Shown: positions 7,466 to 17,260 of the stretch, piece by piece | How positions within the stretch are numbered: the stretch's first letter is position 1 | How the letters are laid out: every line of letters starts with the position of its first letter | Assembly: GCA_048938295.1 (NCBI GenBank) | Contig: JBHLMI010000010.1 | Span: 45,904-77,903, forward strand | Direction: 5' to 3' | From: Promethearchaeota archaeon | GTDB taxonomy: Archaea; Asgardarchaeota; Hermodarchaeia; Hermodarchaeales; Hermodarchaeaceae | DNA: 32,000 bases | Program-made: the position numbers and the translations under genes | The notes under the pieces: generated by a model | Told to the model about the DNA's origin: nothing | The model's database searches: none | The model's input: the letters and a program-made list of their open reading frames with translations, nothing else

Positions 7466-9205
7466 ATGAAAGAAATGCTCTGGCACAAATACAAATGGCC
7501 CAAAGAGGTCAGAAAAAGTCTAAAGTACCCCGATGAACCCCTCTACACCATCCTTGACAAAGCCGCGAAAGAAAGCGGTGACCGACCATACACAGTCTAT
7601 TCTGGCGTCTCTCACACCTTTTCCGAAGTGCTGGAAAGCGCTAATCGTATTGCGAACTTCCTCCACAGCAAAGGCATCAAGAAAGGTGACCGTGTCGCTG
7701 TCTTTTTGCCCAATGTCCCCCATTACCCACCTGTTTTCTTCGGTATACTCAAAGCAGGCGCCGCAGGTGTCACCTGCAATCCCCAATACAAGGCACCAGA
7801 ACTACATCATCAACTCAAAGATTCTGGTGCTAAAGCAGTCTTCGTTTTAGACCACCCAATCTATGTCCCCCTCACCTATGATGCAATAACAGATACCGAT
7901 TGTAAACATGTCATAGTTTGTAGCCTCAAACCATTCCTCCCCAAAGCTAAAGCGACGCTTGGGGGACTTCTCGGAAAAATACCCAAGAGCAAAGTTATCA
8001 AAGAAGACATCACGACCTTCTACAAAGACATCATGGCTAACTATGAACCTAATCCCCCGAAAGTCACAATTAAACCCAAAGACGACCTCGCCCTCATTCT
8101 CTACACCGGTGGCACCACAGGTGTTCCCAAGGGTGCTATGCTAACCCACTATAACCTCCATGCCAATGTAATGCAATACGACGAATGGGTCAAACTTGAA
8201 CCCAAGGGAGGCGGTGAAGCCAAACCCCTCGATTGTGGTAACGAAGTCTATATTGGAGCCTTACCCTGGTACCACAGTTACGGCCTCACTCTCACAATGA
8301 TCGCCGCAGTGTATCATCAAAGTGCCTGTGTCTGCATACCAGACCCACGCGCTGGTAAACCTCCCCTCTCAGATCTACTCAAAGAAACGCAAGATAACAA
8401 AGGTACCCTCCTCCACGCTGTTCCCACTCTCTATGCGGGTATGGCTTATCATCCAAACATCAGCAAATACGACCTCAGCAGCCTCAAAGCATGCGGTTCT
8501 GGTGCAGCACCTCTCCCTCCTGCCACTGCAAAAGCGTTTGAAGCCGCCTCCGGCGCCGTGCTCTTCGAAGGTTATGGTCTAACCGAAACATCGCCCCTTG
8601 CGAGCGCTGACCCCTCAAGATTAAGCACCCGCAAATTTGGATCCGTCGGTTTTCCCATACCCGACACCATAATCAAAATCGTCGACATCGAAACCGGTAC
8701 AAAAGAAAAGAAAACTGGCGAAGACGGAGAAGTAGCCATCTCTGGTCCACAAGTCATGAAGGGATATTGGGAAAAACCTGAGGCCACAAAAGAAGTCACG
8801 CGAACCATCGATGGTGAACGCTTCTTCCTCACCGGCGACATCGGACACTTCGACGAAGAAGGCTATCTTCATATCACCGATCGTAAAAAAGACATGATCA
8901 ACGTTTCAGGCTTCAAAGCATATCCTGCCGAGATAGAAGAGATTTTGACCGAGCATCCGAAAATTCAGATGGCTGCAGTGATAGGCATCCCGCGTGAAGA
9001 TGATCCCACGAATGAGACAGTGAAAGCCTATGTTGTTTTAGCTCCGGGTGAAACAGCAACTACTGAAGAGATTATGGCTTGGGCAAAGGACAGGATGGCT
9101 GGATATAAGCGACCCAGGATTATCGAGTTTCGAGAATCATTGCCAACTTCTGCAGTGGGTAAGGTCCTTCGTCGAGTACTACGTGATCAAGAAATGACTA
9201 AATAA
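7466..9205 (+). CDS. fadD: Long-chain fatty acid-CoA ligase (ANL adenylate-forming family)
   Basis: YTGGTTGVPKG, EGYGLTET, TGDIG, RKKDMI, GKVLRR. Start set at ATG 7466 (MKEMLW), because the upstream in-frame extension from 7352 looks intergenic. Confidence 0.9.
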   Translation: MKEMLWHKYKWPKEVRKSLKYPDEPLYTILDKAAKESGDRPYTVYSGVSHTFSEVLESANRIANFLHSKGIKKGDRVAVFLPNVPHYPPVFFGILKAGAAGVTCNPQYKAPELHHQLKDSGAKAVFVLDHPIYVPLTYDAITDTDCKHVIVCSLKPFLPKAKATLGGLLGKIPKSKVIKEDITTFYKDIMANYEPNPPKVTIKPKDDLALILYTGGTTGVPKGAMLTHYNLHANVMQYDEWVKLEPKGGGEAKPLDCGNEVYIGALPWYHSYGLTLTMIAAVYHQSACVCIPDPRAGKPPLSDLLKETQDNKGTLLHAVPTLYAGMAYHPNISKYDLSSLKACGSGAAPLPPATAKAFEAASGAVLFEGYGLTETSPLASADPSRLSTRKFGSVGFPIPDTIIKIVDIETGTKEKKTGEDGEVAISGPQVMKGYWEKPEATKEVTRTIDGERFFLTGDIGHFDEEGYLHITDRKKDMINVSGFKAYPAEIEEILTEHPKIQMAAVIGIPREDDPTNETVKAYVVLAPGETATTEEIMAWAKDRMAGYKRPRIIEFRESLPTSAVGKVLRRVLRDQEMTK

Positions 9206-9214
9206 TCTTAATGA

Positions 9215-9256
9215 GGAACTCTCCCTTCTATCGGGAGGGGTTCCCTTCCTCTTTTT
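9215..9256 (+). terminator. GC-rich hairpin plus pyrimidine/T tract after fadD
   Basis: GGAACTCTCCC-TTCTATC-GGGAGGGGTTCC followed by CTTCCTCTTTTT, beginning 10 nt after the stop codon. Confidence 0.55.
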
Positions 9257-9597
9257 ATCATGCATGTCGTCGTTTTTTTCCCTTTGAAAGGATTTGCATA
9301 ATTTCTCCTAGTGCCCGATTTTCTTGGAGAAGTTAAGCCATAGTTTGCACAGGCCGATCGATGTGATGGAAGAAAGCGGACATACGGAATGATGCTTCAA
9401 GGTAAAAATGGTCCTTTGATAAATAGAAACAATATTGATACACGAGATTACTTCTCGCTCCTGTAGGTCTCACCTAGACTTGAAAATATGAAGTTTGAGC
9501 ACGACCTGGAACAAAACCTGTGTCCATGGATATAGATCCTGAAACTTATGGCTGCTATTTATCTACTTGGTAGCGTTAAACCCCTACAGGATTTCCA

Positions 9598-10689
9598 CTA
9601 GTTAGAGTCATCTCTTAACCGAGATAGACGTTTTTCACCAATTTTGGTGTACAGCTCAAAGGCGTTCGCCGGCGGAGTAACTACGTTATCCTTGCGTTTT
9701 AATGACAGTGCTTCAGACGGACAGGTAGAGACGCACAATCCGCATCCAATGCAATACTCTAAGTCAATTTGTGCGACACCATTTTCCATAGAAATCGCAT
9801 CCATTTGACAGCGGTCTAAACAGGTTTCACATCCCGTACAGCTGTCCATATCAACTTCGGCATAATAATTGCTGGCAACGAGAGACGCAGGGTTGGGCAG
9901 ATTCTTCAGATTTGTCAAAATCCCACAGTGGCAGCCGCAACAATTGCAGATCACAAAACCTTTTTGATCATTGCTTGGACTGCAAACCAGACCCGCATCG
10001 TGAGCCTCGTCCAAGATTTTGAGGGCCTCATCGACTGTAATTTCTCGTCCATATCCATTTTCAATGTAGTAGTACGCACCCGTGGAAAAGACCATACACA
10101 CTTCTTCTGGTTTGTCACACTGCTCTCCTAACGCCTCCTTCTCACGCTTACAGATACAGGGGGCCACCGCTATTTTATTCTGTTTTTTAACGATTTCTCG
10201 GGCATCTTCATGTGGTAAGACGCTCATCGAAGGAGTCAGGCTCGCAGCAACTGGAATAACGCGAAGCTGAGGTGGATCAGCGGAAGCCACAAGTTCATCT
10301 CGCAAAGCCTCTTCCATGTATTGCTCGAAATCTTCAGCCAATTCCTTGGTCATATTATTGACCTGATGTTCGTAGATACCAATGGCAAACCATTCTGCCC
10401 GATATTGGGTGACTCCTCCCTTGTGAGAACGGAAAATCAATCCTTTATCTGCCAACTGCTCCAACAACGGCTTGATTTCCTCCGGATCACGTTCGCGGCG
10501 TTGAGCAATTTGTTCAACTGTTTCAGGAATATAGGTCAAGTAAGTGGCCATTTCAGCCTCTTCTTCAGTGAAAAGGCGTTTGAGAATCCGAAGTTCAACA
10601 CCTGATTCCGTTTTGGGAAAACCCACTGGTAGGTTATTCAGATGTTCACGAAGGTGTTCATAAACAGTGTTACTATCCATGGTACTCAC
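9598..10689 (-). CDS. 4Fe-4S binding protein with N-terminal helical/winged-helix region
   Basis: GFPKTESGVELRILKRLFTEEEA N-terminus, CICK, CMVF, ICNCCGCHCG, and a C-terminal 2x[4Fe-4S] pair CTGCETCLDRC / CIGCGLCVSTC. Confidence 0.85.
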   Translation of the reverse strand: MSTMDSNTVYEHLREHLNNLPVGFPKTESGVELRILKRLFTEEEAEMATYLTYIPETVEQIAQRRERDPEEIKPLLEQLADKGLIFRSHKGGVTQYRAEWFAIGIYEHQVNNMTKELAEDFEQYMEEALRDELVASADPPQLRVIPVAASLTPSMSVLPHEDAREIVKKQNKIAVAPCICKREKEALGEQCDKPEEVCMVFSTGAYYYIENGYGREITVDEALKILDEAHDAGLVCSPSNDQKGFVICNCCGCHCGILTNLKNLPNPASLVASNYYAEVDMDSCTGCETCLDRCQMDAISMENGVAQIDLEYCIGCGLCVSTCPSEALSLKRKDNVVTPPANAFELYTKIGEKRLSRLRDDSN

Positions 10690-10754
10690 CAGGCTCTGGC
10701 TACATGCGCGGTTAGTCCTTGAATATCTTATGCTCTAAAGAAATTCTAACTGAA

Positions 10755-11381
10755 TCAAAGTTTATGACCGCAGTGACTGCAATGCTTTGAATGGGGTTCA
10801 ATTACCGAACCACAGTTTTCACAATATGCCACGATTGCCTTACCAGGGATATATCCAGAGTCACGGGTTTTGGGCTTCCGTTTTGCAAGGATGTCCTGTT
10901 TTTCCAAAATGGTGGGGAAGTGCCAAAGGTATATCCCTGCCACGAGTGTCGCACCGAGAAGTCCCATGATGATATCACGGACGCCATTCCACCAGAAATT
11001 CGAGTAGATTCCAACCCATGGAAAGAAGATGGACAGGAATTCTTCGAAAATCTCCCAAGCAAAGGCTGCTGCTAAAGTGTAGAGAATTGCTGGTAGAATG
11101 ATTAGAATAAAAGGCGGAACGATTGGGATGACTTTTTTCCAAGATCGGGATAGATTAAAGTTCAGAAGAAATGCGCAAATGGCGCTTCCGAAGAGAAAGT
11201 GGGGAACCATATCAAGATAAGAACCGGCGCTATATCCACCAGTGAGTTGAATTAGTATATGTGCCGTAATAGCCAGAACGAAGAGGGTAATAGTGATGAA
11301 AATCCATAAGCGGTCTGTGCGAAACCAAGATCGCGATGTCATTATCAGATGCCCTTGTCTAGGTCCACGTCTTAACCTCAA
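10755..11381 (-). CDS. Membrane protein (VanZ/DUF2238-like H..WE..E..D pattern) with C-terminal zinc ribbon; start probably about 11342
   Basis: About 5 TM segments with DMVPHF, WEIFEE and RDIIMG. C-terminal CENCG...HCSHCG. Confidence 0.65.
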   Translation of the reverse strand: MRLRRGPRQGHLIMTSRSWFRTDRLWIFITITLFVLAITAHILIQLTGGYSAGSYLDMVPHFLFGSAICAFLLNFNLSRSWKKVIPIVPPFILIILPAILYTLAAAFAWEIFEEFLSIFFPWVGIYSNFWWNGVRDIIMGLLGATLVAGIYLWHFPTILEKQDILAKRKPKTRDSGYIPGKAIVAYCENCGSVIEPHSKHCSHCGHKL

Positions 11382-11421
11382 AAAGTTGTGGGGTCAAGAT
11401 AAACTAGTCACACTCTTTGAG

Positions 11422-13182
11422 TTAGGGTGGAATTGGGATTTCTCCATCATAAAAGAAACTGTTCTTTTTGACATACTCTAAGTAGCGTTTAATCTCTGTC
11501 TGCTGCGTTTTGGGCGTCCACTCAAGAATTGTTCCCATTCGCTTGGCGGCTGAAGAAGCGATTTGCCCTTGGTACTCAGGACGAACGAGCCAGCAGACTT
11601 CCATTCGCCGGCAAAGAACATCTTCCAAATGAAAGGGAGCCTCATGGTCCACAACATAGTCCACTTCTGCTGTTATCCAAGGCGCCACTTCAACTGGGTA
11701 TTCAGGGACTTCAAGAAGCCGTTTGGTGAGTTCTGGGTGTTTCTGTATCTCTTGAAGAATTGTTAATCCTCCACGTCCATATTGTTGGTATAGGTGTTTG
11801 AGGATGAATGGATGCAACGTGGAACCTACGACCTCAGGGTGTGCTGCCCATTCCTTTTGTGTGAGGGTAATTTCATAAGCGATTTTGGTGAGGTTTCTTT
11901 TTCTAGAATATTTGGGTAAATTATGGGCTACTCGGTTCTTGCGAATATGATTCAGAAGTAAGTCTTCTGCCATTTTACGGAATATTGTGAGCTTTCCTCC
12001 AAGGAGGCTATACAACCCGTCTTCGCGCGTCAATACGGTGTGCTTTCGTGAGACATCGCTTTCTGCTTTACCAATTTCGGCTACTAATGGTCGGAGCCCT
12101 GCAAAGGAACCATGGATGTATTGATCATCGACCTTAGCATCCGGAAAAAGTACTCTGATGGTATTTCGTAGATAATCGGCATCCTCGCGGGTGCAATAAA
12201 CGTCTCCGGGGTCGCCTGAATAGTCGGTATCGGTTGTTCCAACCAGAACCCATTCATTTCGGCGAATAGCGAAGAAAAACCGGCGATCATCAATTGAATT
12301 CACGGCAAAGGTATCATTGATGGGGAAATCTTTGCGGTGGTAGACTAAGTGAACGCCTTTGGTGGGACGCAGCACCCTCTCTTTGTTTTCACTCTCTAGT
12401 GCTAGAACATCATCTGCCCAAACACCTGTGGTGTTGATAATTACTTTTCCTCGAACATGAAAACTCGGTGCTTTTATTTTAGTAACATCCAAAGCTTCCA
12501 CGCCATTCAATTGACCTGTGGAATTATGGATAAATCCTACAACTTGGATATAATTCAAGGCAAGCGCATTATTCGTCCATAGCGCTTCCTTGAGGGTTTC
12601 AATCACCAACCGGGCGTCATCGGTATTCGAATCATACCAGGTAATCGCTCCTTTAAGTCGAGAAGGCTCCAAAAGAGGTTCAAGCTCCTTAATTTTTTCC
12701 ACATCTTTGATACCTTTTCCTCCCCGGTTATTTCTGAATCCGCCAAGAAAGTCGTACAAAAACGCGCCAAACCTAACGGTGCGATAGCTCCAGCTTCTCT
12801 GAAGCTCCCTGTTCCCTATTTTTCCCTCTGATAATATCGGGTAGAGAAATCGAGTGGGTCGCGTCAGATGAGGTACTCCTTTTTCTCTAAGCCAGTTCCT
12901 TTCATTGGTCGCTTCCCGTACGAGACCGAATTCTCGTTTCGCGATATACCGAAAGCCGCCATGGGCAAGCTTTGTGGATCGACTGGAAGTTCCAGATGCG
13001 AAGTCATTCTGATCAAGTAAGGCTACTGTCAAACCTCGATGGGTGGCTTCTAGGGCGACCCCCGCACCAGTAATGCCACCACCGATGATAATGACATCCC
13101 AGTTGGTATCTTTGAGTCGCTGAAGCTGTTGTTGACGGTTGACTTGAGAAAAATCAATGCGTTCAATTGGTGGCGCGTGCAT
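11422..13182 (-). CDS. glpD: FAD-dependent glycerol-3-phosphate dehydrogenase
   Basis: GGGITGAGVA, DFASGTSSRSTKLAHGGFRY, DDARL, PTKGVHL, GTTD, GLRPL, GGKLT. Confidence 0.92.
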   Translation of the reverse strand: MHAPPIERIDFSQVNRQQQLQRLKDTNWDVIIIGGGITGAGVALEATHRGLTVALLDQNDFASGTSSRSTKLAHGGFRYIAKREFGLVREATNERNWLREKGVPHLTRPTRFLYPILSEGKIGNRELQRSWSYRTVRFGAFLYDFLGGFRNNRGGKGIKDVEKIKELEPLLEPSRLKGAITWYDSNTDDARLVIETLKEALWTNNALALNYIQVVGFIHNSTGQLNGVEALDVTKIKAPSFHVRGKVIINTTGVWADDVLALESENKERVLRPTKGVHLVYHRKDFPINDTFAVNSIDDRRFFFAIRRNEWVLVGTTDTDYSGDPGDVYCTREDADYLRNTIRVLFPDAKVDDQYIHGSFAGLRPLVAEIGKAESDVSRKHTVLTREDGLYSLLGGKLTIFRKMAEDLLLNHIRKNRVAHNLPKYSRKRNLTKIAYEITLTQKEWAAHPEVVGSTLHPFILKHLYQQYGRGGLTILQEIQKHPELTKRLLEVPEYPVEVAPWITAEVDYVVDHEAPFHLEDVLCRRMEVCWLVRPEYQGQIASSAAKRMGTILEWTPKTQQTEIKRYLEYVKKNSFFYDGEIPIPP

Positions 13183-13358
13183 GAATACATTACCTCAAGG
13201 TGACAAAAGCTTCTCTCCTATTCAGCTTTACCCAGCAACAAAATCCAAGAAACTTGAGACGCAAATCCATTTTGAACACAATATTTTTAGTAACGCAGTG
13301 CGAGGAGGAACTTGAACCTGCTAGGACAGGTTGGGATAAACAAAGAGGTCCTAGGGCT

Positions 13359-14180
13359 TTGACCGTTCACAGCTTCTATGTCGTCGGATTACGCGAAGGT
13401 TTTCCACTTTATAGTCGAAAGTGGTCTCAATCCGATGTCGATAGTGCCCTGCTTTCCGGATTCTTAGCCAGCATGGAACACATGGCCCAACAAGTAGCTG
13501 CACAACACGTCAACGTCGTGAACATGAAAGACCGCCGGTTCTTCTTCCAAATCGACGAACAAAACGGATTACTCCTTGTCTTCATCACCGACGTCAGTGA
13601 AAGTTCCGCCCGTTTCCGTAAATACCTAGGTATCCTCAACAATAAATTCGTGAAAATGTTCAAAAAACAACTTGAAGAGCTCCACGAAGATGGTACCACT
13701 GACACAAAACTCTTCAACAGCTTTGATGAATTCATCGATGACCTTGTTCTCACCTGGTGGATGGGGGAAGCCACCGTGTCTGCCGCCAAGGTAATGGACG
13801 TGTTTGAAGTATTCACGCTCTTCTATAACACCATTATCCAACGGTTTTTCACAGATGTCACACGCCGAACCTATGGCAAGCAAATACAGCAACTCTTTGA
13901 AACGAAAATGGAGAAAATCCCGGCTCTTACAGGTATCAAAATCGACAAAACTGGTGTCCTCACCTACGAATCCATTGACCCCCAACAAGTCAAATACACA
14001 CAATTTCGGAAGGTACTTTTCGACATCTTCCATGAGTTAATGGTGCTCACACGTAAAACCCTGCCCAAACAAACCTACTACTCCCTTGTCTTCGAACACA
14101 TTAGCCCCCTCATCCGCACCGAACAAAGGCGGATGAAAACTTACTCTCTAACAGAAAAAATCGTGATGGAAATCCTATGA
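13359..14180 (+). CDS. Longin-domain protein with C-terminal helical extension
   Basis: From TTG 13359 the protein reads HSFYVVGLREGFPLYSRKW...DSALLSGFLASMEHMA...VNVVNMKDRRFFF...LLLVFITD...LNNKFVKMF...FNSFDEFIDDLV, the b-b-a-b-b-b-a-a longin pattern. ATGA overlap with the downstream GTPase. Confidence 0.75.
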   Translation: MTVHSFYVVGLREGFPLYSRKWSQSDVDSALLSGFLASMEHMAQQVAAQHVNVVNMKDRRFFFQIDEQNGLLLVFITDVSESSARFRKYLGILNNKFVKMFKKQLEELHEDGTTDTKLFNSFDEFIDDLVLTWWMGEATVSAAKVMDVFEVFTLFYNTIIQRFFTDVTRRTYGKQIQQLFETKMEKIPALTGIKIDKTGVLTYESIDPQQVKYTQFRKVLFDIFHELMVLTRKTLPKQTYYSLVFEHISPLIRTEQRRMKTYSLTEKIVMEIL

Positions 14181-14731
14181 GTAACCCTACCGAAAGCACC
14201 ACCCACCCCATCGCCACAAAACGACCCTACACCCACATCGCCAAAGCCGTCGTCGTCGGCGACGCCGCTGTTGGAAAAACAAGTCTCCTCGTCCGCTACG
14301 TCAAAGGCATCTTCAACCCCACTTATATTCTCACCATCGGTGTTGCTTTTCATGTCAAAGATATTGTCATCGGACAGAATGTTCTCAGGCTACAGGCATG
14401 GGACACAGGGGGTCAGGAGCGGTTTGGCCCAATTCGTCAGCTCTATTATCGTGGAGCCAAGGGCGTTCTGTTAGTGTATGACCGGTCAAATTCTGATTCC
14501 TTCAACCGAATTGATTATTGGTTGAATGAAGTGAAACGAGGTTGTGGGGATGTGCCTTTGGTTCTCATTGCGAACAAGTCAGACCTCGCTGAAAAAATCG
14601 AATCCGAAGAAGGACGGAAAAAAGCAGAGGAGCACTCGATGGTGTTCGTTGAGACCAGTGCGAAGGACGATAAGAATGTTGATTTCGCGTTCTCGGAATT
14701 GGCAAGGATAATACTGAATCAGAGTGCTTAG
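14177..14731 (+). CDS. Rab-like Ras-superfamily small GTPase, no C-terminal prenylation motif
   Basis: G1 GDAAVGKTS, G2 TIGVAF, G3 WDTGGQERF, G4 NKSD, G5 ETSAK. RabF-like IGVAF, RLQAW, RFGPI, YYRGA, LVYD. Confidence 0.93.
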   Translation: MSNPTESTTHPIATKRPYTHIAKAVVVGDAAVGKTSLLVRYVKGIFNPTYILTIGVAFHVKDIVIGQNVLRLQAWDTGGQERFGPIRQLYYRGAKGVLLVYDRSNSDSFNRIDYWLNEVKRGCGDVPLVLIANKSDLAEKIESEEGRKKAEEHSMVFVETSAKDDKNVDFAFSELARIILNQSA

Positions 14732-15363
14732 AGCTCTTGTTTTTTAAGTAAAGAGATTGTGGCGGCAAAAGCGCCCAGTTGTGCAGCTACTCGTGTTGAC
14801 CCTGATCCGATAATGAGAACGTCACCAACTTGGATATTAAAGTGTTCAAGGACTTCTCTGAGCTCGTTTTTCGGGATACGATGTTCCTTTACCATAACTA
14901 GGACTGCTGGATCTTTGTCTTGGATGAAGGTTGATGCCCCACTTGCGCCCGCTTGAAGGGCAGCATCTCGTTGTTCGATGCCGTCAGTAACATAGTTGGC
15001 GAGTTGGTGAAGGTGACAACCATAATTGTAAACATCTATTGTGTAGCTGCTTTCAGGTAATTCTTCGAATGCGATAAGCGTTTCTCTAAGCTTCTCACAG
15101 TGTTGCTTGCCTTTCGTAGAAAGTTGATGGCCCTGTCGATTGATAGGTATAATGAGTCCCTGACTCCTGAGAAACCGGATGAGCGAACGAATACTGCCCC
15201 CACCCAATCCCAGATCTGAGCTGAGCTGGTATCGACCGATAGGAGTCGTGGTTTGGCAGAAGGTATAAAATGCTGCCAGAATGTGCCAGGGATGAAATTG
15301 GGTAGGAGGCCCGTGTCGTGCATCAGTATTCAGGAGTTTAGTCAGTTCCATAAAGATAATCAT
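14728..15363 (-). CDS. Winged-helix protein, DUF4443-like
   Basis: IGRYQLSSDLGLGGGSIRSLIRFLRSQGLI...GHQLS HTH/wing, followed by GIEQRDAALQAGASGAST. Confidence 0.7.
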   Translation of the reverse strand: MIIFMELTKLLNTDARHGPPTQFHPWHILAAFYTFCQTTTPIGRYQLSSDLGLGGGSIRSLIRFLRSQGLIIPINRQGHQLSTKGKQHCEKLRETLIAFEELPESSYTIDVYNYGCHLHQLANYVTDGIEQRDAALQAGASGASTFIQDKDPAVLVMVKEHRIPKNELREVLEHFNIQVGDVLIIGSGSTRVAAQLGAFAATISLLKKQEL

Positions 15364-16001
15364 CCTCTCAGTGCTTCATAAGTGTTGGATTCTCTCCTTG
15401 ATTCTGTTCCGTTTTTACCTTGGGGGAACTGGCTGAGTCGGAGGTGGTGGACCGCTATTGTTACTGGTTGACTGAGTAGACCGAATAGGACCGCGTTACT
15501 TGCGATATGAATTATCATGAAGGGTAGCCCTGTCATGATCGTCACAATGAATGGTATGCCAAATGTAAAACTGTAGGTAAAGTCGGTTACTAGGTCAAAG
15601 AATAGCGTAAGGAGGACGCCAAACAGCGCTGGGATGAGAAGCCATCGGTTATCGGAATACTCTATCCGTTGTAAGGATTTTCCGAGAAAACCGCCTACAA
15701 TGCCAATGAATATGGTGCATCCAATTACAGATAATCCAATAGGTGGTAGGAATGCTCCCCAGGGATTCCACAGTTGGTAAATCAACATGGCAATAAACCC
15801 GACGAAGGCACCGATGATTGGCCCAAAGAGGAATCCACTAAGAAATACCATCACTGAGGAGAGTTCGACGTTGGGGATTGCAGACAGAGCATAGTTGCCC
15901 CCAATGGCTAGCGCAGCAAATATTGCTATAAATGCGACTCGAATTGCGACCGTGCTCCTTGGATGTGTGGTTTCTCCTCCATTATCCTTCAAGCAAATCA
16001 T
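15360..16001 (-). CDS. ECF transporter S component, CbrT-like
   Basis: About 6 TM segments, AxxxA motif in TM1 (AIFAALA), IPNVEL...FGP..G..VG pattern. Confidence 0.75.
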   Translation of the reverse strand: MICLKDNGGETTHPRSTVAIRVAFIAIFAALAIGGNYALSAIPNVELSSVMVFLSGFLFGPIIGAFVGFIAMLIYQLWNPWGAFLPPIGLSVIGCTIFIGIVGGFLGKSLQRIEYSDNRWLLIPALFGVLLTLFFDLVTDFTYSFTFGIPFIVTIMTGLPFMIIHIASNAVLFGLLSQPVTIAVHHLRLSQFPQGKNGTESRRESNTYEALRG

Positions 16002-16732
16002 CCCTTTTTCGATCGAGCGCGCGATATGACGATTGCAAAGAAGACTATAATGAGGACGATTCCAAAGACTCCCACAAAGAGCATTATGCTCAGGCTAGTA
16101 GGATTCTGTGTAAGAGCAACGAAATCGATGCCTAAATGGTAGTCATTCTGGAAGAAGACTTCCGTATATGCTGAGAGGAGAATTCCTGAATTGATATCAT
16201 AGATTAACGTGGTGTTCTGGTTTCCCCACGGACCTTGATGGTATTTGTACGTTTTTGTAGATAACCCCTCTTGGATATCTAAAGTGCCATTCATCCAAAA
16301 GCCTGTAGCGGCTTCGGTGGCCGCTTGGTCAACGGCATTCCAATCGAGGTGCGAGACTAATCCTGGGAACCATGGCCAGATACTGAAAACAAGCTCTGCA
16401 GCTATTCGTGAATTATTAGCTTGAAGGGTAAGGTTACCAATTATCAACAATCCCGTCAGCTCGTCGTTTGCTATATCCTGAATTTCAAACGAAAGCGCTT
16501 GACCTGCTTGGGCGTGCCAGAAGGTACCGGACCCAAAGCCAAATTCGACCGTCTCGTCTGTGACATTGGTGATCCGCCAATGAAGTTTGGATGTGCTGAA
16601 AGCATCGGGATACAACTGAGATGCATAGGGGAGGCCTTGAGCTGTTGTCAGTTGAACACACAACAGGCCAGTCGATAAGACAAATACAAAACTGAGCATC
16701 ACTTCTATTCTCGATCGCATAACTGAATTCAC
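15998..16732 (-). CDS. Secreted or membrane-anchored hypothetical protein
   Basis: N-terminal hydrophobic signal, beta-rich middle, C-terminal TM plus basic tail (RARSKKG). 4-nt overlaps with both neighbours. Confidence 0.7.
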   Translation of the reverse strand: MNSVMRSRIEVMLSFVFVLSTGLLCVQLTTAQGLPYASQLYPDAFSTSKLHWRITNVTDETVEFGFGSGTFWHAQAGQALSFEIQDIANDELTGLLIIGNLTLQANNSRIAAELVFSIWPWFPGLVSHLDWNAVDQAATEAATGFWMNGTLDIQEGLSTKTYKYHQGPWGNQNTTLIYDINSGILLSAYTEVFFQNDYHLGIDFVALTQNPTSLSIMLFVGVFGIVLIIVFFAIVISRARSKKG

Positions 16733-17247
16733 CGTAGTTTGAGATAGATGATAGTGGCGGCAAAGACCACGATTGTGCCAATCGCAAGAATGATTCCAAG
16801 GCCAAATATAAGGTCAGGTCCCGGCGTGGGTGTCGCGGTAGGAATAGTCTCTGGTGAGCAGTATTTCCAAAGAATTTGGTCACCTTCGGATAATATGTAA
16901 TTGTCTGCAGCTACTGGGGCAAGCTCGTCGTTGACCCAATATTGCCAATAGAAACCGTTATTGTTGGCGTTGTTTTCTACACCATTAATTGATGTGATAA
17001 ATTTTCCATAGAGGTATTGAGTGAAAGTGACGACGCTCGTCTCGTTCAGAATATCAAACACCGTCACGCCTGCTAGGTTGTATAATACATGTTGCGTTAA
17101 GTTGCCGTAATCGATGGTCTGCTCGATATCTAAGGCAAAAATACGCTGGTTCTCTATGTTTGTGGAAGAGGTCAAATGAACATTGGTGATGGCTATCAGA
17201 GGGCATAATGAGAAGATGAGTAATCCAAAAATGACAAATTTTTTCAA
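16729..17247 (-). CDS. DUF4430 (transcobalamin C-terminal-like) membrane-anchored protein; probable TTG start at 17247 (track start 17346)
   Basis: GKFITSINGV...FYWQYWVND...AADNYILSEGDQILWKY, with an N-terminal signal and a C-terminal TM anchor. Confidence 0.8.
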   Translation of the reverse strand: MKKFVIFGLLIFSLCPLIAITNVHLTSSTNIENQRIFALDIEQTIDYGNLTQHVLYNLAGVTVFDILNETSVVTFTQYLYGKFITSINGVENNANNNGFYWQYWVNDELAPVAADNYILSEGDQILWKYCSPETIPTATPTPGPDLIFGLGIILAIGTIVVFAATIIYLKLR

Positions 17248-17260
17248 GCACAGACGCCTC

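Noticed and set aside
9260-9597. 340-nt gap between fadD and the Fe-S gene
   Set aside because: Only ORFs under about 30 codons; no repeats, terminal inverted repeats or convincing RNA boxes.
13200-13358. N-terminal 53 codons of the longin ORF as given in the track
   Set aside because: Starts only 17 nt from the divergent glpD start and occupies the shared promoter region. The longin fold begins at TTG 13359.
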